This document shows, piece by piece, positions 9,436-20,337 of a DNA stretch of 64,000 nucleotides. Source of the DNA: a virus. The notes under the pieces were generated by a model. It saw nothing but the letters and a program-made list of their open reading frames with translations, ran no database searches and was not told the DNA's origin. Location of the stretch: positions 23,060 through 87,059 of the IMG/VR virus record IMGVR_UViG_3300034524_000181. One strand, 5' to 3'. A program made the translations under genes and the position numbers. Position 1 is the stretch's first letter. Each line of letters begins with the position of its first letter.

Positions 9436-10051
9436 TTACAAATCAAACAAATCATAAACAGGTGGTTCGAGTCTATCCCAGTAGTCTCCTTCAGCTTCAA
9501 ACAAAGTTGCTATTCCAAACTCTATTGCACCGAATTCATTACGTTTGTATTCTTCCCAATTATCCCATGCTTCAGGGTTTACAACAATATTTTCACTAAT
9601 CATGGGTAACAAATTATTGATATATATTTTCTTCTTTTCTTCTGGCAAACTCAAGAGTTGCTGTTTATACTTTGCAAATAAAGCATCATTTTCCTTGAGC
9701 CAAGATATAATGCAATATGTTTTCTCGCCTTCTGGAAACACCATAACAAAAATATGCTTTGCTGAAACATTAGGATTTAGCAAGTTTTGTATTTTGTTCC
9801 CTTCCAAATCATGTGTCATAGCTTCAAAACCAGTACCCGCAAATCTAACTGGTTGATCAAACTCCCACACAACACTAGAAAGCACATCATAGTTACCAGT
9901 CAATAAAGCAGTATCAAAGATTTTTTTAACATTCTGAAAATCATCAATTGCCATATGCATTCCACGATATGGATTATCTTCATCTGGTATATCTGCTAAT
10001 GACGGTTTTATTTTAAACATGTACCTTTCTATGTTAACAACTTCTTGCTTT
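9436..10051 (-). pseudogene. C-terminal part of the interrupted SEC-C domain gene
   Basis: Frame extends upstream of Met 10020 as KQEVVNIERY and joins ...EYHKK of 13058-13528 across a shared AAAG. Confidence 0.7.
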
Positions 10052-10063
10052 GAAATGAGTCAT

Positions 10064-10105
10064 AAAGCAACTTCACTTTCTTTATTGAGAGCGAAGTTGC
10101 TTTTG
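10064..10105. terminator. Terminator after the P-type ATPase gene
   Basis: AAAGCAACTTC...GAAGTTGCTTTT hairpin. Confidence 0.65.
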
Positions 10106-10144
10106 TTTAATTTAGGTTTTTGAGGAAAACCAAACTAAAATATA

Positions 10145-12682
10145 CTAACTGTTTTTATTTAAGTTCATATTGTTGAAAATTTTTACAATTTCATACCAAA
10201 GAACTGATACAGCTGCAATACCTACGGCTATAAAGAACTGTGATAATGATAATGGTGCAAGATTTAGAATTCTGTTAAGAGGAGTGTAAAGCATTAACAA
10301 AAGACCTGCAACAGTACCAATAATAACAGCCCACATAACTTTATCTTTAATTAGATATTTCATCGTCTTAAATGCATTATCATAATTTGAACTGTTTACT
10401 TGAACTAAAAATAAATTTGCAATCATTATAATACTAAGTCCCATTGTTCTCGCCAATTGTGGATTTTCAGGTTGTTGTTTAATAAGCATATAATATGTTC
10501 CAAAAGAAGCTATGAATATAGCCAGCCCCTGTAGAATACTTTTTGTCAATACTCCAGCTGTAAGAATTTTTTCATTAGGATCCCTTGGTTTTCGATCCAT
10601 TATGTTACTTTCAGCAGGCTGACGTTCTAAAACAATAGAACAAGTTGGGTCAATAATAAGCTCTAAAAGCACAACATGCACAGGAAGCAATAAAAGACTT
10701 GCAGGACTAATATTTAAAAGAGGTGCAAACAGTGATGCAAATGCAATAGGAATATGAATAGTAAATACATAACCTATAGCTTTTTTGATGTTATCATAAA
10801 TTCTTCTTCCATCTTCAATTGTATGAACAATTGTTGAAAAGTTATCATCCATCAAAATTAAATCAGCAGCTTCTCTTGCAACCTCAGAGCCACGCTTGCC
10901 CATTGCAATTCCTATATCTGCATATTTAAGAGCTGGAGCATCATTCACACCATCACCTGTCATGGCAACAACTTCACCATTTTCCTTAAATGCTTTAACT
11001 ATGCGCATTTTATGTTCCGGCAAAACTCTTGAAAATATATTTGCATCATGGACACGTTCCATAAGTTCAGAATCTGTCATATTGTTCAGTTCATCACCAG
11101 TAATAATATTATCGCTGTTTTTCATTCCAATTTGTTTTGCAATGGAACTTGCCGTGATTCCATTATCACCAGTAATCATTACTACACGAACCCCTGCTTT
11201 ATTACACATCTTGATATCTTCTTTCACAGATTCTCTTGGAGGATCAGCAAGACCAATTAAACCTAAAAATGTTAACTTGCAATCAGTAATATTATCAGGA
11301 ATGTCAGATTCACTCTTTGGATTCATTGTACCAACAGCTATTACTCTTAAACCTTCCCTTGACATTTCATTTATTTTATTTTCAATTTGCTTTCTTTGTT
11401 CGTCTGATAATTTGCATATAGTCAATATACTTTCAGGCGAACCTTTTGCTGCAATAACAATTTCTCCATCATGTCGCCAAACATGCCCCATCATTTTAAG
11501 TTCATTTGTAAATGCATATTCGGATATCAGTTCACCACCAAATAAATGGTCTTTTGAAATTCCAATGCTTTCACAATGTAAAAGCATTGCCTTCTCCATT
11601 GGGTCATATGCATCTGTTTCACAGCCAAGCCCCATAATTTCACATAAGTTATAATTATCATCATCAATTGCCCAAGTATCCTGAACAGCCATTTTGTTCA
11701 TTGTAATCGTACCTGTTTTATCTACACAAAGAACTGATACAGCACCTAATGTTTCAACAGAAGAAAGCTTGTGAACAAGAGACTGTTTTTTAGCAAGACG
11801 CCATGCACCCATAGATAAGAACACTGTCAATATAACAGGAAATTCTTCAGGTATCATAGCCATTGCTAAAGTTATTCCTGATAAAATACTTTCAATAATT
11901 CTATCTGTAAATTTATGATCCGGAATATTGAAATAAATTATTACTGTAACAAGAATAAATAAAATACCTGCTATTATTGCACATGTCTTAACAATGCTGT
12001 TTGTTTGCTTTTCTAAAGGCGTTGGACTGTCTGGAGCAGATGCTACATTAATACCTATTTTACCATACTCTGTATTAGAGCCTATTTTATCTACAAGAAT
12101 TGTAGCACTTCCTTGCGTAACGAGAGTACCTGCATAGCAGTAATCCTTGCGCCAATAATCTGTATTATTTTTATCGGCATTATCAACAGTCACTTTCCAA
12201 ACACCTACAGATTCACCTGTAAGAGATGATTCGTCAACACAAAGATCACTTGCCTTGATAACCTCACCATCAGCAGGAATTTTAACGCCTTCGTTGATTA
12301 TCATTAAATCAGTTGGGACTAAGTCTTCACTTAAAATTGTCTGCTCTTTTCCATCTCGAATAACTATTACATGTGGAGCTGATAAATCTTTAAGTGCATT
12401 TAATGTTTTGTCTGTCTTCCATTCCTGAATTATTTCTATACTGATGATACCAATTACAAAGATTAGCATAATCACACCATCTCGTGGTTCACCTAATATA
12501 AAATAGATGATTGATGCAACAATTAACAATAAAAACATCGGCTCTAAAACAATGTGAATAACCTTGCTAATAAAACTTTGTTTTTTTACAGTTGCCAGTT
12601 CGTTTTTACCAAACTGTTCCTGCAACTTTTTGGCTTGCTCACTTGTCAAGCCTTCTAAATTTTGATTTTTTTGTTCTGTCAT
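10145..12682 (-). CDS. Cation-translocating P-type ATPase (P2-like)
   Basis: TGES, PEEFP, DKTGT, KGSPE, DPPR, MITGD, TGDGVNDAPAL motifs. Confidence 0.95.
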   Translation of the reverse strand: MTEQKNQNLEGLTSEQAKKLQEQFGKNELATVKKQSFISKVIHIVLEPMFLLLIVASIIYFILGEPRDGVIMLIFVIGIISIEIIQEWKTDKTLNALKDLSAPHVIVIRDGKEQTILSEDLVPTDLMIINEGVKIPADGEVIKASDLCVDESSLTGESVGVWKVTVDNADKNNTDYWRKDYCYAGTLVTQGSATILVDKIGSNTEYGKIGINVASAPDSPTPLEKQTNSIVKTCAIIAGILFILVTVIIYFNIPDHKFTDRIIESILSGITLAMAMIPEEFPVILTVFLSMGAWRLAKKQSLVHKLSSVETLGAVSVLCVDKTGTITMNKMAVQDTWAIDDDNYNLCEIMGLGCETDAYDPMEKAMLLHCESIGISKDHLFGGELISEYAFTNELKMMGHVWRHDGEIVIAAKGSPESILTICKLSDEQRKQIENKINEMSREGLRVIAVGTMNPKSESDIPDNITDCKLTFLGLIGLADPPRESVKEDIKMCNKAGVRVVMITGDNGITASSIAKQIGMKNSDNIITGDELNNMTDSELMERVHDANIFSRVLPEHKMRIVKAFKENGEVVAMTGDGVNDAPALKYADIGIAMGKRGSEVAREAADLILMDDNFSTIVHTIEDGRRIYDNIKKAIGYVFTIHIPIAFASLFAPLLNISPASLLLLPVHVVLLELIIDPTCSIVLERQPAESNIMDRKPRDPNEKILTAGVLTKSILQGLAIFIASFGTYYMLIKQQPENPQLARTMGLSIIMIANLFLVQVNSSNYDNAFKTMKYLIKDKVMWAVIIGTVAGLLLMLYTPLNRILNLAPLSLSQFFIAVGIAAVSVLWYEIVKIFNNMNLNKNS

Positions 12683-12771
12683 AATAAGTTACCTCCAGTT
12701 TTTGCTTTTTAAGCATTATTAAGATAGCTCTATGGCATTGCAAATTCTAATTATATGTTTCAAATAAGTAT

Positions 12772-12815
12772 AAAAAAACACACCTATGAAACATTTTACT
12801 GTCCCACAGATGTGA
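12772..12815 (-). terminator. Riboswitch expression-platform terminator
   Basis: CACATCTGTGGGACA-GTAAAA-TGTTTCATAGGTGTG followed by T7; overlaps the aptamer 3' end. Confidence 0.7.
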
Positions 12816-12887
12816 AATAATTCAATCTGCTGCTGTTTCCAGCCCGGCCCCACGAACAATATTGTTCATCGCCTGCTCAGTTTGTAC
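12797..12887 (-). ncRNA. NiCo (czcD) riboswitch
   Basis: GTACAAACTGAGCAGGCGATGAAC...GTTCGTGGGGCCGGGCTG...CAGCAGCAG...CTGTGGGACAGT matches the NiCo four-way junction consensus as I recall it. Confidence 0.85.
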
Positions 12888-12921
12888 CGTAGATTTATAT
12901 GCAGTGCAAAGAGATTTTTAT

Positions 12922-12950
12922 ATTATAATATATGAAAATTATTTTGTCAA
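12922..12950 (-). promoter_or_regulatory. Consensus SigA promoter for the riboswitch-ATPase unit
   Basis: TTGACA-17-TATAAT on the minus strand. Confidence 0.8.
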
Positions 12951-13057
12951 GTGCAATTCAATTTCCATTTTATATTATCCAATAATCAGGTGCTGATTAT
13001 ATATGTTGCAATTACAGTATTTGTTTACATTTTTTATATTAAAGTCATATTGTTGCC

Positions 13058-13528
13058 TTATTTAAGAATTATCTTTTTATGATATTCAATGGCAAAACAT
13101 CTATATGTATAAAGGAAAATATGCTGTATGCTTTTGTCAAACATTCCATCCTCGATAGGTTGAAATACCGTCTTATCGTGATATCCACAAAATCCTGTAA
13201 AAACAGTTGCTTCTTTTCTACCGTACACAGTCATTGGCGCAAATGGATTGTCCGATTTTGGACAAGGCATATACACTATACCATTAGAAGATAAACGCTT
13301 GATTATTTTATTGTTTTGGATTGAATGTGCCCCGATTATTTTTTCAGAGCATTCGTCTGATTTAGGATGTAGACATCTTTTAATTCTCGATTCTTTTCGC
13401 ACTTTTTTATAGGTTTCTAGAAGATTAAGTGGATTAGAATAGTAAACATCATCAGCTTTTCCAAGACAACATTTTTTATATTTTTTGCCGCTACCACATG
13501 GACAAGGATCATTTCTTCCTATTCTCAT
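13058..13528 (-). pseudogene. N-terminal part of a SEC-C motif protein with possible HNH-like Zn motif, interrupted by an insertion
   Basis: [18 protein letters not shown]; AHSIQ...FCGYHD; stops 4 codons after the junction at 13073. Confidence 0.75.
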
Positions 13529-13636
13529 TATTTTTCACCTTCATTCGCAAATAGTACTAAACAAACCGTCGTGTCTTTCAACAGATTCTGAACTCCAGTT
13601 ATCCTAGTGTCTATAATAACATCTGTACTCAAAAAT

Positions 13637-14455
13637 CTATATTTCCTCACAACTGGTTATTTGCTCAGGCGGAATATCTATTTCGTCTTTTATATATAAG
13701 AACACTTCAGAAATCAAATTATTATTAGCTCGATCAATCGCACGGCTTACCATCCACCGTTTTATATGTACAATTTCCTCATCTGTCAGTTCTTCTTGAG
13801 TATCATTTAAGTCAAAATTGAACCGATGGATTTGATCTATCGTTGCGTAAAAATTCACTTTATAGCCTTTACTACGTTTAGCCCATTCTTCCTCCATCTT
13901 TTTCAAATCCGGAAAAGCAGCGGAAAGTTTCATCAAAAATTCTGGTCTTTCATGAATATTTGTTCCATAGGAAAAAATATCATCATTCATCATAAATCCA
14001 TTAACGCAATAGTCGTAATAAACTCGATGTGCAATCGGCTTGAGATATTTCTCCGGAGACATTGAATAATCATTATTCCTATACCAATCATAATCCACAT
14101 TGTACTCTTTACCTTTATAGAACAATAAACGTCTTTCCACATCAAAAAATACGCCATTGGATTTTAGCATTCTGCTTAATAGAGTATCCCCAGATAAAAC
14201 CTTTTGGAGATTCTTTAAGCCTTGACTATGAATTTCTCCGCATTCATCTAAAGACCCTATAACATGAAATCCCCATATTCTAATAGTATCCATATTGATG
14301 TTATTTACCTTTGCTGCATTGCGATCCCAAAATTTTTCAAACTCATTATTACTATTGATAATAAGCTCTTCAATATATTCTTCTCCAGACATATTAAAGA
14401 AAGTAAGTAAAAAATCATACGCTCTATCAGGTGTTCTCAAGTCAAAATCATACAT
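13637..14455 (-). CDS. Hypothetical cargo protein, possible ADP-ribosyltransferase-like fold
   Basis: 272-aa ORF with RBS; FHV...I...GL and C-terminal IPPEQI patterns. Confidence 0.6.
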   Translation of the reverse strand: MYDFDLRTPDRAYDFLLTFFNMSGEEYIEELIINSNNEFEKFWDRNAAKVNNINMDTIRIWGFHVIGSLDECGEIHSQGLKNLQKVLSGDTLLSRMLKSNGVFFDVERRLLFYKGKEYNVDYDWYRNNDYSMSPEKYLKPIAHRVYYDYCVNGFMMNDDIFSYGTNIHERPEFLMKLSAAFPDLKKMEEEWAKRSKGYKVNFYATIDQIHRFNFDLNDTQEELTDEEIVHIKRWMVSRAIDRANNNLISEVFLYIKDEIDIPPEQITSCEEI

Positions 14456-14476
14456 TTAACTACCTACCTTCTATAA

Positions 14477-14977
14477 TCATAGCTTTGGTTTTGGCAACTT
14501 AATATTAGTGTTACCACCAAGAATGCTTGCGCCTATACCAACAACTGTAAAGACTGCCAATGTGCCTAACGAAATCATTCTCCAGTTAAATCCTTTGTTT
14601 TCTGTATCCTTACTTTCGGCCATTTTTGCAATTTCCATCATTTTTTCGATGTAATATTTTTTCTCCTCGAAAGGCAAGTCACCCTTCGCCAAACAAGTCT
14701 TTAAGGCATCAATGACTTCATTGTATATGTCATAGCACTGCTTGCTACTCGCTGAATTTCCATCCAGTGTTTTTTCCATGACACTTCTATAATCTTTCAG
14801 CACTTCCAAAGCCATTTTTGCAAACTCTGGGAATTGCTCTAACGCTTTCTTTGCAACTTCTGGCTCCATATTCTGCAGCATGGATGCAAAAGTCATAATT
14901 TTATCTTTTGTAATATACCGAAAATCCGGAATATTCAATTGTTGTAAAACTTCTCGTTCTGTTAATTGATTACTCAT
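14477..14977 (-). CDS. Hypothetical protein with a C-terminal transmembrane helix
   Basis: 166 aa; hydrophobic ISLGTLAVFTVVGIGASILGG. Confidence 0.65.
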   Translation of the reverse strand: MSNQLTEREVLQQLNIPDFRYITKDKIMTFASMLQNMEPEVAKKALEQFPEFAKMALEVLKDYRSVMEKTLDGNSASSKQCYDIYNEVIDALKTCLAKGDLPFEEKKYYIEKMMEIAKMAESKDTENKGFNWRMISLGTLAVFTVVGIGASILGGNTNIKLPKPKL

Positions 14978-15018
14978 TATGTAATCCCCCTATCTTATTA
15001 AAGCATAAATTTGCTCCC

Positions 15019-15531
15019 TTAATCACAAAAACTCGATTTGTATTTCATTAGCGTATCTTCAACCTCATGCCAGATAGTTACCGTTTCACCGTCATCCTCA
15101 AATACTTTACCGTGACTTTTAGGTCCATCCAACTTCATCTGTGAGTAATTATTCTTAAAAGTTGGCACGTACAGTTCCGGGTTGTTTTCTTCACTGCATA
15201 AGCGTTCCATCATATCTATGGTAGCACGACCTGTGGCGGCAACCGCCTTAAAATAAGCACGGATGATCTTGTGGTTATATTGATTCGACTTTATAGCCCA
15301 TACTGGGATTCGTTGATTTGCTTTTCCGTAAAAATCCCTGTTTGTATCTTCATTCTGTCTTGCTATTGTTTTTGGGTTATAGGCTTGTGATGCTTTTTCA
15401 AAGGTTTTTGCAATATACCAACGCATACAGCTTTCCACTGCAACATCTTGTATTTCATTTGTTAAATTCAATGCGATGCAGAATTTCTCATACACATCTG
15501 CATCCACTGTAAAGGTCACGCTCTTATTCAC
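15019..15531 (-). CDS. Hypothetical cargo protein, possible N-terminal ribbon-helix-helix
   Basis: 170 aa; GGAGG RBS; N-terminal SVTFTVDADVYEKF. Confidence 0.6.
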   Translation of the reverse strand: MNKSVTFTVDADVYEKFCIALNLTNEIQDVAVESCMRWYIAKTFEKASQAYNPKTIARQNEDTNRDFYGKANQRIPVWAIKSNQYNHKIIRAYFKAVAATGRATIDMMERLCSEENNPELYVPTFKNNYSQMKLDGPKSHGKVFEDDGETVTIWHEVEDTLMKYKSSFCD

Positions 15532-15666
15532 CGTCTACACCTCCACTATTTACTCTATTACAAATTATACCACTAATTTGTAAATACTAATAAACTAATT
15601 TGTATTGACTCATTAAAAAACACCCTGCATTTCAGCAAGGTGTTAGATTCTAATAACTATTTCTAT

Positions 15667-17238
15667 TCAATTTTCAATGTCTATACTAATGCCTGACTTA
15701 AATTCCACTTCAACCCTGCCATCGTGAATCGTAACTTTTTCAATAAGCCTCCTTACTAACTGTTCATCATATTCCTCTAACTCGCAGGATTGCTCATTAA
15801 AGAAATCAGTCATTTCAGCTATTCGTTGCCTTTTCCCTTCTCGCTCTGCATTCTCTACAAGTGCATTTTGCTTTAACTCCCGAAGTCGATAAATTTCATC
15901 AGCCACATCTTCATAGTCATTCTTGGATTTTGCTTGTATAAGGAGCTGTTGTTGTAACTCTTCCAATTTTCTATCAATATCATCGGTGGCATTATCATTT
16001 TTTTCATTAAGTACGGTAGCTATGTTTTTCTGCAAGGTTGAGAGGAAAGGCTCTTTGTTAGCCAAAAGTTCGTTAATAGCCCTGACCACTGCTGTCTGTA
16101 ATGTCTCCTCGTTTATGGTAGGGGCCGTACATTCAGATCCTTTTTCCTCTAAACGGCTGACGCATCTCCAAACAATAGACTTGTAACCTCGGTTATTCCA
16201 GTGTACTCGTCGGTAAATATCACCGCATTGCCCGCAGTAAACAATACTCGATAAGGCATATTTACTACTATAGACTCGCTTTTTACCGCCCTTACCGCCT
16301 CGGAGATTCGCTCTTCGAACCATCTCTTCTTGAACCTGCATAAAAAGGTCACGGGGAATGATAGGTTCATGGCTGTTTTCCACATAATACTGGGGAACAA
16401 TACCATTATTCTTGACACGCTTTTTGGAAAGGAAGTCAACCGTATAGGTCTTTTGCAAGAGTGCATCCCCGATGTATTTTTCATTCTGCAGTATCTTTTT
16501 CAGTGTTTCAGGTCTCCATTTTGCTTTGCCTGCCGCTGTTAGAACACCGTCTGCTTCCAGTCCTCTTGCTATTTGTAAAAGGCTCGCACCCTCAAGGTAC
16601 TCCCTGTAAATCCGTTTAACAACCTCAGCACCCTCTGGGTCAATCACCAATTGCTTATTTTCATCTTTGGTGTATCCAAGGAAACGCTTGTGGTTGACCT
16701 GAACTTCACCTTGCTGATAGCGATACTGAATACCCAGCTTAACGTTTTGGCTTAAGGACTGGCTTTCCTGTTGGGCAAGGGATGCCATAATGGTCAGCAG
16801 GACTTCACCCTTAGAATCCATGGTGTTTATATTCTCTTTTTCAAAGAACACAGCGATGTTTTTATCCTTTAACTGACGGATGTATTTAAGGCAGTCCAAC
16901 GTGTTTCTGGCAAATCGGCTTATGGATTTTGTGATGATCATGTCAATATTGCCTGCCATGCACTCTTCAATCATGCGGTTGAATTCATCACGCTTTTTGG
17001 TATTTGTACCTGTGATACCGTCATCCGCAAAAATCCCTGCCAATTCCCATTCCTTGTTCTTCTTAATATAATTTGTATAATGCTCAATCTGAATGTCATA
17101 GCTCGAAGCCTGCTCCTCACTATCCGTTGAAACACGGCAGTAAGCAGCCACTCGAATTTTGGGTTTGCTTTCACTATTTTTATTATTTCCGACTCGTTTA
17201 ATTGCTGGAATCACTGTTACATTCCTACTTACCGCCAC
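15667..17238 (-). CDS. Large serine recombinase
   Basis: [18 protein letters not shown], recombinase domain, Zn ribbon (CGQCG...WRC). Confidence 0.95.
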   Translation of the reverse strand: MAVSRNVTVIPAIKRVGNNKNSESKPKIRVAAYCRVSTDSEEQASSYDIQIEHYTNYIKKNKEWELAGIFADDGITGTNTKKRDEFNRMIEECMAGNIDMIITKSISRFARNTLDCLKYIRQLKDKNIAVFFEKENINTMDSKGEVLLTIMASLAQQESQSLSQNVKLGIQYRYQQGEVQVNHKRFLGYTKDENKQLVIDPEGAEVVKRIYREYLEGASLLQIARGLEADGVLTAAGKAKWRPETLKKILQNEKYIGDALLQKTYTVDFLSKKRVKNNGIVPQYYVENSHEPIIPRDLFMQVQEEMVRRANLRGGKGGKKRVYSSKYALSSIVYCGQCGDIYRRVHWNNRGYKSIVWRCVSRLEEKGSECTAPTINEETLQTAVVRAINELLANKEPFLSTLQKNIATVLNEKNDNATDDIDRKLEELQQQLLIQAKSKNDYEDVADEIYRLRELKQNALVENAEREGKRQRIAEMTDFFNEQSCELEEYDEQLVRRLIEKVTIHDGRVEVEFKSGISIDIEN

Positions 17239-17241
17239 TGG

Positions 17242-17655
17242 TTACACCTCACTTTCTATCAAACTGTAAGCATATTCTGCCTGCTTGTATGGGTCTTCAT
17301 ATTTTTGCACCAGAGACTTTGCTTTGAACTTTACAGGATAATCCGTTTTTGGTTCATCTTTAGGCTCCCATATCCTTCCTAGCTTTTCTGCTCGTTTTCG
17401 TCTTTCTACTCTGGCTTTTTCAAAGGTCTCCTCATCAATAATTGGAGGGTAGAATTCATCGCCAAGGTAGTGCTTATTCTGCAACATCTTACTTACTGTG
17501 GCATGGTAGCAGTCTATCCCAGCTTTTTTAGCAGCACCCTTCAAAGAAAGTCCTGCCAAGTATCCTGAAAATAATTCTTTTACCCGCTCCGATGCTATTT
17601 CATCCACAACAGCCTTACCGTTTTCAATTCTATATCCATAGGGTATGTGACCCAT
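17242..17655 (-). CDS. Small recombinase-domain protein
   Basis: HIPYGYRIENG...LQNKHYLG...YPPIIDEETF. Confidence 0.85.
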   Translation of the reverse strand: MGHIPYGYRIENGKAVVDEIASERVKELFSGYLAGLSLKGAAKKAGIDCYHATVSKMLQNKHYLGDEFYPPIIDEETFEKARVERRKRAEKLGRIWEPKDEPKTDYPVKFKAKSLVQKYEDPYKQAEYAYSLIESEV

Positions 17656-19221
17656 CTAATTCACCAACCTTTCCTTCAATGTGATTCCGCATTTTAATTC
17701 AAATCCAACTATCTCTCGTGAATAAACAATAATCTTCTCTGCGTAATTTTCAAACAGCTCATCCTCATAGGTTTTGAGCATTTTGGACTTAGTGGTAAAC
17801 TTAAGCAGACGGTCAACCTCGTCTACTTTTGCAAAATTGCCATTGATGGAACGAGTAAGTTGATCCTTTTCAGCAAGAAGTCTTTCTCTTTCTGCTTCCA
17901 GTGAAATCTTTTCTTTATTAAACAGAGCAGGTTCCAGATATCCTTTGGCCAGTAAACCTGTCAGCATCTGGCTCTGCTCCATGTTGTTTTCAATCTTAGT
18001 TTCCAACTCTTCAATTCTGAGAAAACTCGCTGCACTATTCTGGTTACGTAACCCATCCAAAAGTGGTTTTAATATGAACTTCTGACCGAAAATGAGTTTA
18101 TTCATCATCGTAACAAATGCCGTCTTTATATCATCATCTCGAATGAACTGCATAGAACATTCCGTTATCTGGCTTATATGCTTGCTACAGCACCAAGCAA
18201 TGTATTTTCTTGTTCCAGACGAATGAATCCGTCTTTTAAAGGTACTGCCACATTCCGAGCAGATAATTTTGCTGGAGAAAGAATATCGGTTTTGATATTT
18301 GTTATTGCGCTTTTCGATGCCTTTTTCCTTTGCTCTCTGAGTGAGAATGGCATCCACAGCTTCAAAATCTTCATGGCTGATAATTGCCTCATGGTGGTTT
18401 TCTACTAGATACATATTTTTCTCACCATAATTGGTGTGCCTGTTAAAATGGCGGTCAGTATAGGTCTTTTGCAAAATAACATCGCCAGTATATTTTTCAT
18501 TGGTCAGAATCCCTCGAATGGTAGTAGCCGTCCAACGACCACCTCTTTTTGATGGAATACCCTTTTGATTAAGATCATCTGCAATTTTCTGTGTACCTTT
18601 TCCCGATAATACCTCTGCAAAAATATACTTCACAACTTCAGCCTGCTTAGGGTTTATCACCATTTGACCATCAATGTTGTCATAACCATATGGTGGATAT
18701 GAAATCTTAAAAGTTCCGTTCTGAAATCGTCTTTGAATTGCCCACTTAGTATTTTCCGAAATGGAAATGGACTCACTTTCTGCAAGCCCACTTAATATAG
18801 AAAGCATCAACTCACTTTCCATTGATTGGGTATTGATATTCTCTTTCTCAAAATAGATGTAAATACCCAGGTCCAACAGTTTACGAACCATCTCCAAACA
18901 ATCCGTAGTGTTTCTCGCAAACCTACTAATGGACTTTGTAATAATTAAGTCAATCTTCTTATTTTCACAATCTGACAGCATTCTGAGAAGTTCCGTTCGG
19001 TTTTCTTTTTTGGTGCCACTAATTCCCTCATCATAATACAAGCCAACATACTCCCATTCTGGGTTTGCCTTTATGTAAGTCTCATAATGGGATTTTTGTG
19101 CTTCTAGGCTCACTAACTGTTCATCACTGTCCGTAGAAACACGACAGTATGCGGCCACTCGTAGTTTAGGTTTGATAATCGATGCAACCTTATTTCCTTC
19201 TATTTTCGTTATCTTTTTCAT
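17656..19221 (-). CDS. Large serine recombinase
   Basis: [24 protein letters not shown] Zn ribbon; start refined by GGAGGTGA RBS. Confidence 0.95.
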   Translation of the reverse strand: MKKITKIEGNKVASIIKPKLRVAAYCRVSTDSDEQLVSLEAQKSHYETYIKANPEWEYVGLYYDEGISGTKKENRTELLRMLSDCENKKIDLIITKSISRFARNTTDCLEMVRKLLDLGIYIYFEKENINTQSMESELMLSILSGLAESESISISENTKWAIQRRFQNGTFKISYPPYGYDNIDGQMVINPKQAEVVKYIFAEVLSGKGTQKIADDLNQKGIPSKRGGRWTATTIRGILTNEKYTGDVILQKTYTDRHFNRHTNYGEKNMYLVENHHEAIISHEDFEAVDAILTQRAKEKGIEKRNNKYQNRYSFSSKIICSECGSTFKRRIHSSGTRKYIAWCCSKHISQITECSMQFIRDDDIKTAFVTMMNKLIFGQKFILKPLLDGLRNQNSAASFLRIEELETKIENNMEQSQMLTGLLAKGYLEPALFNKEKISLEAERERLLAEKDQLTRSINGNFAKVDEVDRLLKFTTKSKMLKTYEDELFENYAEKIIVYSREIVGFELKCGITLKERLVN

Positions 19222-19273
19222 CGCCTCACCTCCTTCTTGGTAGGTCACATATTACCTCTGAACGCCCAGTATA

Positions 19274-19519
19274 TCAAGGAATATCGGGCATTATCTGTGC
19301 TAACATAGGTGAGAAAGTTTCGCGGTTTAATAGCATAATTTTGTTGAACTCTTCCTTTGAAATAAGACCCTTATCAAGCATTTGATGTAATAGCTTTTCC
19401 GCCCTATAATAATCAAATTCTCTTTGAAGAGCCTCGGCACTTAGATATTTCCTTTTTGGATTTAATAGTAGATCCTGTTTATCTGTAATTTTAGTAATCT
19501 GCATATAGGTAACCTCCAT
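19274..19519 (-). CDS. SHOCT domain protein
   Basis: MLDKGLISKEEFNKI. Confidence 0.75.
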   Translation of the reverse strand: MEVTYMQITKITDKQDLLLNPKRKYLSAEALQREFDYYRAEKLLHQMLDKGLISKEEFNKIMLLNRETFSPMLAQIMPDIP

Positions 19520-19635
19520 TTCTACAGGTAGACCCCTGCACCTATATGCAAAAAAATTCGGTGATTCGAACCCCTAAAAAAGCAAAAGACCCGAAGAGCT
19601 GTTACACTCCTCGGGTCATTAAAATTAGCTGTTCG

Positions 19636-20337
19636 TTAACCATACTTAATAAAGGCATCGGTAAAGCCAGCTTTCTTAGCTTTGGCAAGTTGCGCTTCCG
19701 CATTGGCTTTTACAGAATAGGCACCGATTTGAACACGATAATATTTCTTTCTCTCCTGTTCTGCAGGCTTCTCTCCTTCACTTAATAGCTTTTTCACATC
19801 CGCTCTGAAGGTATCCATGCTTTTTCCATGCTTTGGAAACCAGTTTCTCGGATCTCCATGATTACTTGCGATTCCTTTTTGATATCCTTCATAGTGGCCA
19901 ATAACATCTTTTTCGGTCAAGTTATAGAGCTTGCAAAGATACACACACAGTTCTACCGCTTCCTTATAAACTGCATTAAAATACGAGGCATCGGTCAAAC
20001 CGTCCTCGCAGATTTCAAAACCAATATGAGTATCATTTGCCTTTCCACCTGTATGCCATCCACGATGGTCCCATGGCAGAGTTTGATAAGTGGCAATTGA
20101 ACCATTCTTAAGCTTTCCAATGAAAGCATGGACGCAAACCTGTCTTCCGTCAGGTCTATCCTGATTCCAGTGATTATTGTACTGATTTACACCTAATAGA
20201 CCATCATCCGGTCCAACGTATCTACGAAGATAAGGATTGTTGGCACCGGTGCTATGAACCATGATACCTTTCGGTGTAATCTTTTTTCCTGCCTTATAAC
20301 ATGCATTTTCAGTCAGAATAAGTTTTCTTAGATTCAT
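19636..20337 (-). CDS. Endolysin: N-acetylmuramoyl-L-alanine amidase + SPOR domain
   Basis: IMVHST, WHTG, GFEICE, HGDP; YRVQIGAYS. Confidence 0.92.
   Translation of the reverse strand: MNLRKLILTENACYKAGKKITPKGIMVHSTGANNPYLRRYVGPDDGLLGVNQYNNHWNQDRPDGRQVCVHAFIGKLKNGSIATYQTLPWDHRGWHTGGKANDTHIGFEICEDGLTDASYFNAVYKEAVELCVYLCKLYNLTEKDVIGHYEGYQKGIASNHGDPRNWFPKHGKSMDTFRADVKKLLSEGEKPAEQERKKYYRVQIGAYSVKANAEAQLAKAKKAGFTDAFIKYG

Noticed and set aside
10896-11654. 252-aa plus-strand ORF and the many other antisense ORFs in the track
   Set aside because: They are shadows of well-supported opposite-strand genes and have no motifs or RBS.
15667-19221. Triple serine recombinase cluster as a novelty
   Set aside because: Well known in rlmD-targeting ICEs and prophages of Bacillota; listed as features only.
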